Source: Candidatus Zhuqueibacterota bacterium (GTDB taxonomy: Bacteria > Zhuqueibacterota > Zhuqueibacteria > Thermofontimicrobiales > Thermofontimicrobiaceae). Taken from it: 64,000 nt of DNA. The translations under genes and the position numbers were made by a program. Of the stretch, positions 30,483 through 39,781 are shown one piece after another (position 1 is the stretch's first letter; each line of letters starts with the position of its first letter). Below the pieces are notes generated by a model. The model did not search any database and had not been told where the DNA came from. It saw only the letters and a list, made by a program, of their open reading frames with translations. The stretch covers positions 171,629 to 235,628 of the forward strand of contig JBMOPW010000035.1 of the NCBI GenBank assembly GCA_049322915.1, written 5' to 3'.

Positions 30483-31214
30483 ATGGCAAAGAAAAACTAC
30501 TACGTTGTCTTTATTGGACGGAGCCCTGGCATTTATAAAGAATGGTTCGGCGAAAAGGGCGCTGAGGCGCAAATCACCGGATTTTCCGGCGCGCGATACA
30601 AGGGCTTTGCGACCTTAGGCGAAGCCAAACAGGCGCTGAATCAATTCAAGAAGACGAATGTAATGACGCCTGCAAAAAAGCCACCGGTGCAATACGAACC
30701 GCTTATTCCGCAGCCCGAGCCGGGGCGGCGTCACATTTTAATGTATACTGATGGCGGGTGTATCGGCAATCCCGGGCCAGGCGGGTACGGCGTGGTCATT
30801 ATGAACGGCGAAAAGAAACGAGAAATCTCCGGCGGCTTTCGGCACACGACAAACAACCGCATGGAATTATCAGCGTGTATTCTTGGCTTGCAGGCGTTGA
30901 AAACCGCTTCGAACGTCATGCTGCACAGCGACTCGAGATACGTGGTTTACGGAATGACCAAAGGCTGGGCGCAACGCTGGCGGAGCCGAAATTGGATGCG
31001 CACGAAAATCGAGCCGGCCGAGAATGCCGATCTCTGGGCTCAACTGCTCCAATTGTGCGAGAGACATCGCGTCCAATTTGTCTGGGTGAAAGGACATGCC
31101 GGGCATCCGGAAAACGAACGATGCGATGAACTGGCGACCAGGGCGGCTCGTCAGCCTGACCTGCCGGCAGATGTCGCCTTTGAATCCGGCCAGACCATCC
31201 TTAACAACTGCTAG
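30483..31214 (+). CDS. rnhA: Ribonuclease HI with N-terminal viroplasmin-like hybrid-binding domain
   Basis: YYVV..GR.PGIY..W; YTDGGCIGNPGPGG, TTNNRMEL, WVKGHAG, NERCDELA. Confidence 0.95.
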   Translation: MAKKNYYVVFIGRSPGIYKEWFGEKGAEAQITGFSGARYKGFATLGEAKQALNQFKKTNVMTPAKKPPVQYEPLIPQPEPGRRHILMYTDGGCIGNPGPGGYGVVIMNGEKKREISGGFRHTTNNRMELSACILGLQALKTASNVMLHSDSRYVVYGMTKGWAQRWRSRNWMRTKIEPAENADLWAQLLQLCERHRVQFVWVKGHAGHPENERCDELATRAARQPDLPADVAFESGQTILNNC

Positions 31215-31604
31215 CTCTCCCGGCCTTTTCACATTTTGAACTTAACTGCAAATACTTCATCTTCCGACAAATGGCCCGGTTGAGTCAGATCGGGCCTGTC
31301 CGAATCCTCCGCCATTCAGCAGCGTCAGCCGTCCGGGCAATCGAGTAACCAGGCTGAATGAATCCGAGCATGGTTCGCTTGTTGAGAGACGCACCAAATA
31401 TTTTTCCAGCCGGGAAAAAGTGACTTCTTCAGCGCCTGGCGCCCACTTTGAATTGAGAAAAAATTTCTCTGTAAAGGCGAATGTTGCCTGAATTGTTGTA
31501 AGCCAAAAAACGCGACCCGGCATCCTCAATTTTTACCTATTTAATAATCCGCTAATTTTCAAAAGATTAAACCATTCCATTTTTATAACAGGCAATCGTG
31601 GATT

Positions 31605-31620
31605 CTGGTATAAGAATTGC
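31605..31620 (+). promoter_or_regulatory. Sigma54 (-24/-12) promoter
   Basis: CTGGTATAAGAATTGC: GG(31607-8)-N10-GC(31619-20) with TTGC. Confidence 0.55.
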
Positions 31621-31710
31621 GCTGGATAAAATCATGGCATAGTCTGCGATGCGATGTACGTGATAAATCGAGATGAGAGAGAAAAAGAAAAACATGTAGG
31701 GAGAGTTGAA

Positions 31711-32241
31711 ATGGAGTATATAGTATTTCGAATTTTGAGGCTGATGGACCGGGAAATTTCCGTTTATCAGAAACTATTTTCATGTGCAGACACACAAAAC
31801 AAACTTATTTTGGATGATGATCTTGTCGATCTGATGGTCATTATGGTCAAGCAGAAAGAATTGATCGATCAGGTGACCCTGATTGAGAACGAAATCACGG
31901 AGGAAGTGAACGAACTTGGCCGGACGCTATCCGACTCAGGCTCTGCCCAGACCAGCTTTGCCATGAGCGATATATTTGGTCTGCTGCAAAAAAAGCATAG
32001 CAAGCTCACTGAATTGCTGAAAGACAAATGCAATATTTTGAACCTGCTCATCGATCGCATCAATTTTTTAAATTCGCAGAACATCGAATCCCTTCAGCAA
32101 TGCCAGAATACCTCGCACAGCGATTCGTGGAAAGGCTTGCAATTCAGCAACGGACAGGAGTTCTCGGAGGAGCTCATCAATTTTGATATGGACTTCATCA
32201 ATACCAACGAAACCGTACTGGAGAAACTGCGTCCGCAATAA
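31711..32241 (+). CDS. FlgN-like flagellar export chaperone (orphan)
   Basis: All-helical pattern: E..VYQKL....Q..LI..DDL..L....KQ..L.......E ... I..LN..N...L; alternative start at 31654. Confidence 0.55.
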   Translation: MEYIVFRILRLMDREISVYQKLFSCADTQNKLILDDDLVDLMVIMVKQKELIDQVTLIENEITEEVNELGRTLSDSGSAQTSFAMSDIFGLLQKKHSKLTELLKDKCNILNLLIDRINFLNSQNIESLQQCQNTSHSDSWKGLQFSNGQEFSEELINFDMDFINTNETVLEKLRPQ

Positions 32242-32265
32242 TAATCCCGATATTCTTAGTGCTAC

Positions 32266-32306
32266 AAAAAAGGCGAGAATTGCATTTGCGTTCTCGCCTT
32301 TTTTTT
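32266..32306. terminator. Bidirectional intrinsic terminator
   Basis: AAAAAAGGCGAGAA ... TTCTCGCCTTTTTTTT between convergent genes. Confidence 0.9.
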
Positions 32307-32326
32307 ACTTCATCAATTTGAAAAAA

Positions 32327-34642
32327 CTACTTCAGGAGAAGCATTTTCATTGTCTTCGAATAATCGCCAGCTTCGATTCGGTAGAAGTAAATACCACCGG
32401 ATACATTGCGACCGGTGTAGTCTTTGGCATCCCAGGAAACGGAGTAATTGCCAGCGACTTTGTATCCATTCACCAGGGTGGCAACTTCCTGTCCCAGCAT
32501 GTTATAAACTCTCACCGTAACCATCGAGAATTTCGGGATCGAATAGGTGATCATCGTGGTCGGGTTGAACGGGTTGGGATAGTTCTGACCCAGCGAATAG
32601 TTTTCCGGCCGAACCGTGCCGGTAATTAAATCATCAACCGCCAATTTAATCGGGGGTTCTTCCACATCGAGCGGTGGGTCTTCCGTGAATGTATCTGTCG
32701 GGAATACCCATGCATTTGGGAATGTACCATCCACGTTGGGTTCGATATAGCGAGTGCGATACCGGCCGAAATCAAATCCGCCGCCTTCGACGATATCACC
32801 ATACTTAAACGCATATTCCATACCGTAAATCGTTGGGCCGTGAATCTGGAACGAACCAGTGTAAATGAGGTCGCCATCCGGATCGGTGAATTCAGCAAGC
32901 GTATCGGCGTAAGGGACATATCCCTGGCCGACTGCCCAATGGGGATCTTGCGGCTGAATTTTCACTGTATCTGTGGCAGGATTGAACGGTACGGCAAGAG
33001 TCAATGCCGGATTCATGTCGACATTGAATGTCAGGGTGATAACCTGTCCTAAAGGAATCACACCGCCATGAGGAATATCGTTCATGTATGAAATCGGAGC
33101 TTCCTGATTGGGAGTGCCCGCAAATTTCAGGAATCGGTTACCACCGCCCTGGGTGTAAGGCACTTCATAACCCCAGTCAGCTTCCTTCCATTTTGATGTA
33201 TCGGCGTAATTGATGTAGTATTTGTAATACACATTGTCACCAACAATTCCTTTGTTGGTCATGATGCGTTCGTACATCATTGTGCCGGGGAATCGTTCCA
33301 GGTAATCGCCAGAAGCCCAGCCATTAAAGCCGCCGCGGATCATCAAGGAATCCAGGTTACGATCGAAGAATCCAGCGTTTTCCCAGACTTCCATATCGAC
33401 GGTGAACAGGATGGCGCCTTCTTTGGTCACGCCACTGAATTCATCATCGCGATCGAAATAAACCGGGTCCAGTGTTGTATTAACACCAGGATTGGCCAAT
33501 TCGCGGTTGGGATCGCCTTCCCACATGTCTGTGCCATCGGCTTTGTGAATCACGTACTTGTAGTAGAGAGTCGGTTCTGTACCAACGTTAGCAGCGACAG
33601 AATAGATGCTATCTGCATCAGCATCGAGTAATTCATCGGCATTGCCAGCCCAGCCGTTGAAATTGCCGCGAATAACGATGATATCCGAACCGGGGACGAA
33701 TACTTCTTCGCGCATTTTAATGCTCATGTCGCACTGGAACGTGACAAACACATCGCCGGGAGGAGTATACTGATCGTCGCGATCAAAGAAAACCACGGGC
33801 AGTGTCTGGGTTCCGCTATTGGCGAATTCGCGATTGGGATCGCTTTCCCACACATCGCTGCCATCGGCTTTGTGAATCACATGTTTATAGTAAATCGTCG
33901 CTTCCATTGTGCCGACATTGAAGGTGCCGGTGTAAATGGTGTCAGCATTGGCATCAGTCAACTGCTCATTGTTGCCGCCCCAGCCGTTGAAATTACCGCG
34001 AACAACCACGATATCTCCAGCCGGATCGAATGACGCTTCGCGCTGTTTGATGCTCATGTCGCACTGGAACGTTACCATATTGCCGACGCCAACCACATTG
34101 ATCGGATTCGCCAGATTGACGGCGTAATACGTTGGGTCTGTGAAATCCAGAGCCGCATTGGTGACAAAGTAACCAATGTTGTAATCGCCGGATGTATTGC
34201 CGACGGTAAAATCAACGTAAAGATCAGCATAGCCTGTATCCAGAGCCGCGGCAAACGGTTGAGAGGACTGGTAGACAACCCAGTTCATTCCGGCCGGCGC
34301 CGGATAGCGTACGTTCAACGAGTCGGTCCAGTAATCGACCTGGCCGCCCGGATCGTTATCCGCGCTATCCGGATGCAGGAATGTGCAAAAATCCGGACCG
34401 TAATCGCCTGAGAAAAATACTGAATCTACAACCCAGCCGGTGGGAATTAACAATCCGACGATGCCGTAGTGCGCATTCGCGTCTATACCCTCTGTACGAA
34501 CTTCGAGGTAGGTCTGAATCTTGTCGCCACCATTGGCAGTCGTTGCCTGATCGATGCTTAAGATCGTAAAGCAACCGCTAATCAACGGGAGCAGCATTAC
34601 GAGACTCAGCAAACCCAGTAATTTAGTAGTGTTGAGCTTCAT
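32327..34642 (-). CDS. Secreted protein with tandem CBM20-like (starch-binding-type) domains and T9SS type A/FlgD-Ig-like C-terminal domain
   Basis: Repeated VTFQCDM..RGNFNGW..YYK.VI..WE..PNR modules; C-terminal YSLGQNYPNPFNPTT...SGGIYFYRI...KMLLLK. Confidence 0.75.
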   Translation of the reverse strand: MKLNTTKLLGLLSLVMLLPLISGCFTILSIDQATTANGGDKIQTYLEVRTEGIDANAHYGIVGLLIPTGWVVDSVFFSGDYGPDFCTFLHPDSADNDPGGQVDYWTDSLNVRYPAPAGMNWVVYQSSQPFAAALDTGYADLYVDFTVGNTSGDYNIGYFVTNAALDFTDPTYYAVNLANPINVVGVGNMVTFQCDMSIKQREASFDPAGDIVVVRGNFNGWGGNNEQLTDANADTIYTGTFNVGTMEATIYYKHVIHKADGSDVWESDPNREFANSGTQTLPVVFFDRDDQYTPPGDVFVTFQCDMSIKMREEVFVPGSDIIVIRGNFNGWAGNADELLDADADSIYSVAANVGTEPTLYYKYVIHKADGTDMWEGDPNRELANPGVNTTLDPVYFDRDDEFSGVTKEGAILFTVDMEVWENAGFFDRNLDSLMIRGGFNGWASGDYLERFPGTMMYERIMTNKGIVGDNVYYKYYINYADTSKWKEADWGYEVPYTQGGGNRFLKFAGTPNQEAPISYMNDIPHGGVIPLGQVITLTFNVDMNPALTLAVPFNPATDTVKIQPQDPHWAVGQGYVPYADTLAEFTDPDGDLIYTGSFQIHGPTIYGMEYAFKYGDIVEGGGFDFGRYRTRYIEPNVDGTFPNAWVFPTDTFTEDPPLDVEEPPIKLAVDDLITGTVRPENYSLGQNYPNPFNPTTMITYSIPKFSMVTVRVYNMLGQEVATLVNGYKVAGNYSVSWDAKDYTGRNVSGGIYFYRIEAGDYSKTMKMLLLK
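33440..34075 (-). repeat. Intragenic ~330-nt domain duplication
   Basis: Identical 22-mer TGCTCATGTCGCACTGGAACGT at 33721 and 34051, plus further matching blocks. Confidence 0.85.
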
Positions 34643-34728
34643 CAATTTCCTCCAGATTTAGTTAATTGTGTAACGGTTATTGGCAATAAACTTTGTTACA
34701 GCAACACTCCAGTTTTTAGAAATGAAAT

Positions 34729-34798
34729 CACCTCCTTTGAACAACCTGAATTGCGTCAAAGTTTCATGTATTCGTTGTTTTGAGCACCACCTCCTTTG
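34729..34798 (-). promoter_or_regulatory. Two tandem strong Shine-Dalgarno-like motifs in an untranslated region
   Basis: CAAAGGAGGTG on the minus strand at 34788-34798 and 34729-34739, with no properly spaced ATG. Confidence 0.6.
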
Positions 34799-35140
34799 GA
34801 GCATTAAATTCATATTTCTGAAATAAACGATCTCTGCCGCTTCCGAGTCTGTTCGAACAAGGATACCTGGTACAGAATGATTGATCTTTCAACAACGGCC
34901 GTGGTCGCGCCTAATCGCCTGTGCCCATCACTTTCTTCCATGAACGCGATGTCAGATTTCAGTATCTTTCCGGCACAGCTCGCGATTAGCGCTGTCAGCG
35001 ATGCTGCATTCAGCGCTAACAGTGTTCGATGCGCTTCGAGAAAATCGACAGGGCAAGCGACAATTCATCATGGTGACCCGGTTGGTCAGCCGTCACTGAT
35101 TGAAAAGCGGTTAACGGCCGACCGATATTCTCAAACCAGG

Positions 35141-36172
35141 CTAAAACTTCACTGCCACAGTGAATTGGTGGATATCATTCAAATGAACAAATTGCTCATA
35201 AGCGTAATCAATTTTCAAACGCCTTCCGCCATCCATAAAATAATTAAAACCAATGCCAACTCCATACTTTTCTTCGCGGTCTTTCATTCCCAGCGATTTA
35301 ATGCCTCCGCGAAACGACACAATGTTCCGAAGCGTCGAATATTCGCCGCCGACATTGATCGACTCGGTATTATCATTGGGATGCAGGCCATCCACAGCCA
35401 GGACCAGCCGATTGAAATCCGTATCGATGATATCTTTGGAAACGCCGATGCGCATGGTCAGCGGCAGATCGAATTTATCGGTGGCAAGATAGGCATTGAC
35501 GCTTTCATTATTGCCGGCCTGGCCGCCGGCAATGTCTTTCTGCACCAATAAATCATCTCCCAAAATTTGCATCTTTTGGCCAAAATTGGAAATGCTCGCG
35601 CCGAGTTTCAATCCCTGGAAAGGCGTCACGAACAGCGTGCCAATATCCAGAGCGATACCACTGGCATTGGTATTCCAGATATTCTCGGTGATGTATTTTG
35701 CTGTTGCGCCAATGGAAAAATTATCCGTCAGGTTGCGGGCGAACGTCAAGCCGGCGACAAAGCTCGCGGCGGAGAACGTTTCCCCGGTGCCCTCCGGATC
35801 GTATTCTGTGGTGATATCCATTTCATCCATGGTCATGGCGGTGAAACTCAAGCCAACGGTTCCGGCATTGCCCATGGAAATGGCCAGTCCGACGAAATCG
35901 AATCGGATATCTGCCAACCAGTTGGAATGCATGAACACAAATTCGTTTCGGTCCAATCGCGCAATGCCGGACGGGTTCCAGTAAAGCGCTGTGGCATCAT
36001 CGGCGACCGAAACAAATGCGCCGCCCATACCGAGCGCACGGGATCCGACCGGGATGCTGAGCACCTTTGCCGCCGTTGTCCCAATTTTCGTGACTTCCTG
36101 ACTTTGAGCCGAAATCGATACAAGGAAAAGTACCAGCAGGCTCACAGCAACGCTTAATGTATATTTTCTCAC
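35141..36172 (-). CDS. PorV/PorQ (UPF0164) family outer-membrane beta-barrel, module 2
   Basis: L.IPVGSRALGMGGAFVS.ADDATALYWNPSG, alternating beta pattern, terminal Phe; GTG start. Confidence 0.88.
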   Translation of the reverse strand: MRKYTLSVAVSLLVLFLVSISAQSQEVTKIGTTAAKVLSIPVGSRALGMGGAFVSVADDATALYWNPSGIARLDRNEFVFMHSNWLADIRFDFVGLAISMGNAGTVGLSFTAMTMDEMDITTEYDPEGTGETFSAASFVAGLTFARNLTDNFSIGATAKYITENIWNTNASGIALDIGTLFVTPFQGLKLGASISNFGQKMQILGDDLLVQKDIAGGQAGNNESVNAYLATDKFDLPLTMRIGVSKDIIDTDFNRLVLAVDGLHPNDNTESINVGGEYSTLRNIVSFRGGIKSLGMKDREEKYGVGIGFNYFMDGGRRLKIDYAYEQFVHLNDIHQFTVAVKF

Positions 36173-36187
36173 AGCGACTCTCCTGTT

Positions 36188-39100
36188 TTATTTGATGATT
36201 GCAAATTTCCCGATCTTTTCTCCGATACCCGGGGCGTCCACATGAAAGATGTAAACGCCATAGGCCAATGTCAGATTATCCCGCGTCAGGACATCCCATT
36301 CTGCGGATCCATTATCCATGAGACTGTGGTGGTCGATGGTATCCACCAACTCGCCATTCACCGTGAAAATGCGGATGGTACAATCTTTGGGCAGATGATT
36401 GAAATGAATGGAGCGCGGCCCGCGACCGGTCGTGAAAAAATTGCGAGGTTCCCAGATCGCGGCTGCCACATAGGGATTGGGCACGACTTTGATTCGGTCC
36501 AGATCATTCGCTGCTTGCTTGACATCGATTTTAGCGCTATCGGTTGTGAATTCAAAAATCACATTGGAGAGGAACGGCTTGGTCACAAACAAGTCGGCAA
36601 CATCGCCGCTTTGTGGATTTCGATGCAGCGTATCATAAACCACCTTGAAGCGCCAGCTCGGAGCCAGGTCAACGACAGCATTCTTTTCCATGAAAACGAT
36701 CACGTCCGTTTCCAGATACGACGCCGAAAACACGCCGTCATTGCCATCCGTTTCCCAGAATGCGAAAGCCACATTTGCCGAATCGGTCGTGTTGTACACT
36801 GTAAAATTCACTGGCCGCGGCTGCAGTTCAACCCCACGTCGAATGTATAAATACACCGAGGTGTCCATGCCAACGTCGCCGAAGGTGATCCGATAGTCGG
36901 CCGGGTTGGGGAAACCAATCCAGAAACCGGCCTGAAATGGGATCAGTGAGAGCGGGAAAACGTCATCATCGTTCCATTTGGAGAGCGACTGGTTGATCGC
37001 AATTTCGTCCTCGTTCTCCAGAATCAGTCTGAAACCATCGGTCATTGGGACTTCGTCGCTGCTCTTGAGTTTTTTGCATTGCCAGATGAGCGTATCCACC
37101 CCGCCCTGGCCTTCGTACGTCACATCGAACAGTGAAAAGTCCAGCGTCGTCAGCGTGTCGGTGTCGGTCAATTCTTTTCCTTCGATGAGCGTATCCCGGA
37201 ACGTGATGCGGTAGGTATGATTATCAGGAATTATTCGAGCGTCCACAATATCATAAGTGATAATGCCGGTCGTATTGCCAATGATCGGCTTTTCCAGATT
37301 CATCAATTGCGGAGCAACGTACCCGGCGGATACCGCATTGGGCACCACGCGCGCGACATTGCTTCCCATTTTCACCTCGCCGGTCGTTTCCACCGTAATG
37401 GGAATCGGCGTTTCGCTCGGCGGTATTTCAGCCCAAGCTGCTTCGCGGTCATAGGCGGTGACAGCGTAATAATACGCCTGGCCATTGATCACATCGGTAT
37501 CCACCCAGGAATGACGCAGGCCGGTATCATCGCCCATGTCAAAATGGGCGCCGTTGATGCTCAGCGAATCCAGCCCTTTGATGCCATTGGCCAGGTCAAA
37601 TTGCGCCACTGGCCGATAGTAGGTATAATTGCCGTCCGCATCGGTGATGGAGTAGGCATCTTCAAACGCCGGGTCTGTGGCTTTGTAAATGCGGTACCCC
37701 TCGAAGTCGTAGCCTTCAGCGCCAATGTCCGACATGAATTTATCAAACGAGAGTTCAGATTTGCTATCCCAGTACAGGGTCACTTTGTTGTTCCCGGGTA
37801 TTGCCGTCAGCGTCGGGATGAGCGGCGCCGTGGCAAAGGTATAGTCGAGATCGTATGTCTTCTGGGACATATTTCTATTTCGCATGGCGTCGTCACTGTC
37901 CTGGCCCAAATTGACCGCCATGGACACACGCTCGCGCTGGCCTGCTTTCAGCGGAAAAAAGCCAGACGAGACGAACAGGTCAAACTCGCCGGTGTAATCG
38001 ACGGTGGGATCCCAGAATTTTCCCGGCGTCATCCATCGGCGCCAGGTATTATCATCCTGTTCCGTGTGAAAATCGCCTGCCGGCTGATACTGCACATTGG
38101 TCACGCCCAGTTGATCCGATTCAGACACGTCGGTTTTATCGATGTTCGGTTCCCCGGGCAAATCAGTGCCGGCCCCGCTGGTCGGTGCGCCATCGCTCTG
38201 CCCTTTGTCCACGGTCAGGATATCGCCATCCAGGCCCACATCATCATTGAATAAATCCCAGTCGCCGTCATCGTCGATAAAGTTTTCCCGGGATTCATCG
38301 ATCATTTCATCAATTCCTTCATCAATGAACTCGTCGACTGCATTGTTGCCGTCGTTGTCTTTGCCATCGGCGTAGCGTTTCCCCAAATCCTCGGCGCCGA
38401 CATTGTACAGCGTAATTCCATTGCCAGCCGTATAACGCCCGCCACTGCCAGCCGCCGCGTCAATCATTGCCTGGGTGATCACCGGACTATTCGCTTCCCC
38501 ATTGCCATTATTATCGATCCAGTCGCGATAGCCACTGCCCACATCGGAATTATCTTCATCGTACAAGCCGTTTGAATTATCATCTTTCCCATTGTCGACA
38601 GTTTCGCCGGCGATCATCTCGGAAGTGATCGTCGGACTGTCACTCTCCCCGTCGCCATCATTATCGATATGATCACGATACCCAACTCCCACCTGCGCGC
38701 CAAACGCGATGTGCGTTTGGTTTTCGTCGATCAATCCATTTTGATTGTCATCTATCTGATTCGTCGCATCTTCGTCGAAAATCATTGTCTCGGTGACTAT
38801 GGGGCTATTTTCCTCGCCATCACCATCGTTGTCAATGCCGTCGATGGCGTTGCCCGGCGTCTCCAGGAAGGATGTGGCAGCAACGCCCACCGGGTCGTCT
38901 CCGAAGGCGGTATTGCCCTGATTCGGCGGAGAATCGGTGCACCAGGCTACATCGTTGAGCAAATCGAAATCCGAATGATCATCCATATTGTCGCCATCAC
39001 CGCCGACAAGGTCGAATACGAACAACGTCACCGCTGCTTTATCCAGGTCTTTGGTCCCATCGTTTTTAATATCGTAAAGGACAAAAACCACATCGTTCAC

Positions 39101-39757
39101 CAGAATTTGAGACCACTGGAGCACACGTACATCCACCAACAGACCCAGACCGCGGCGGGTCAAATCCGTTGTATCCGGATAATACTCATACCGGTCATAC
39201 GTGTCATCGGATATTTTATAATAGAGCTCGTAGTCCGCCTTGAACTGGTTCTTTCCGAAATAACCGTTCCACGAACCAGTCCAACCCGGATCCTCTTCAT
39301 CGCCCATTTTATCGGGCCAGGTATCGGGCCAGGTTTTACGATCTTCGCCGGAAGCGGCCAGCGTTGTCAGAGCGATGTCATCGGAATTGGGATTGCAATA
39401 CTCTTTGATCGGTTCCATTTGCCACGACTCGCCGGTATTGCTGCTCCGCGAATGGACAGCGGTGATGGGACGAATGGTGCCGTTTTCCAGCATCACCTCC
39501 GCGCCAATCATCAATCCGGTCTGAGCCAGATAGTGCTTGCCTGTATTTTTTGGCCATTCATAGGGAATGCCATCGCCGGGCTTGGTTCTGCCGGTCGTGC
39601 CGTTGTTCCAGATGGTCGTTCGGACAAGATTCCCGGCGATATCGGTCGTCCTTCGGTAACTGGAACTGCCGCGTTCATCGCTTGGCACATGCTGGGCAAA
39701 GACGGGCAAAGTCCAGATGAGAAAAAACATCACGAGAAAAATGCGCTTTACAGCCAT
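36188..39757 (-). CDS. Large secreted acidic protein with DxxDNDGDG repeats, Fn3-like domain and T9SS-like CTD, module 2
   Basis: Signal peptide; ~7 D-x-D-N/D-G repeats; PTLTAIPGNNKVTLYWD; IKVVPNPY...GVYIFHV...GKFAIIK. Confidence 0.75.
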   Translation of the reverse strand: MAVKRIFLVMFFLIWTLPVFAQHVPSDERGSSSYRRTTDIAGNLVRTTIWNNGTTGRTKPGDGIPYEWPKNTGKHYLAQTGLMIGAEVMLENGTIRPITAVHSRSSNTGESWQMEPIKEYCNPNSDDIALTTLAASGEDRKTWPDTWPDKMGDEEDPGWTGSWNGYFGKNQFKADYELYYKISDDTYDRYEYYPDTTDLTRRGLGLLVDVRVLQWSQILVNDVVFVLYDIKNDGTKDLDKAAVTLFVFDLVGGDGDNMDDHSDFDLLNDVAWCTDSPPNQGNTAFGDDPVGVAATSFLETPGNAIDGIDNDGDGEENSPIVTETMIFDEDATNQIDDNQNGLIDENQTHIAFGAQVGVGYRDHIDNDGDGESDSPTITSEMIAGETVDNGKDDNSNGLYDEDNSDVGSGYRDWIDNNGNGEANSPVITQAMIDAAAGSGGRYTAGNGITLYNVGAEDLGKRYADGKDNDGNNAVDEFIDEGIDEMIDESRENFIDDDGDWDLFNDDVGLDGDILTVDKGQSDGAPTSGAGTDLPGEPNIDKTDVSESDQLGVTNVQYQPAGDFHTEQDDNTWRRWMTPGKFWDPTVDYTGEFDLFVSSGFFPLKAGQRERVSMAVNLGQDSDDAMRNRNMSQKTYDLDYTFATAPLIPTLTAIPGNNKVTLYWDSKSELSFDKFMSDIGAEGYDFEGYRIYKATDPAFEDAYSITDADGNYTYYRPVAQFDLANGIKGLDSLSINGAHFDMGDDTGLRHSWVDTDVINGQAYYYAVTAYDREAAWAEIPPSETPIPITVETTGEVKMGSNVARVVPNAVSAGYVAPQLMNLEKPIIGNTTGIITYDIVDARIIPDNHTYRITFRDTLIEGKELTDTDTLTTLDFSLFDVTYEGQGGVDTLIWQCKKLKSSDEVPMTDGFRLILENEDEIAINQSLSKWNDDDVFPLSLIPFQAGFWIGFPNPADYRITFGDVGMDTSVYLYIRRGVELQPRPVNFTVYNTTDSANVAFAFWETDGNDGVFSASYLETDVIVFMEKNAVVDLAPSWRFKVVYDTLHRNPQSGDVADLFVTKPFLSNVIFEFTTDSAKIDVKQAANDLDRIKVVPNPYVAAAIWEPRNFFTTGRGPRSIHFNHLPKDCTIRIFTVNGELVDTIDHHSLMDNGSAEWDVLTRDNLTLAYGVYIFHVDAPGIGEKIGKFAIIK

Positions 39758-39781
39758 ATCGTTTCTCCTGTTAATTCCAGA

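Noticed and set aside
31635..31647. Second sigma54-like TGGCA motif
   Set aside because: GG-to-GC spacing is 8 nt, not 10
34877..35551. 224-aa plus-strand ORF partly in an intergenic gap
   Set aside because: Mostly overlaps PorV antisense; composition is not protein-like
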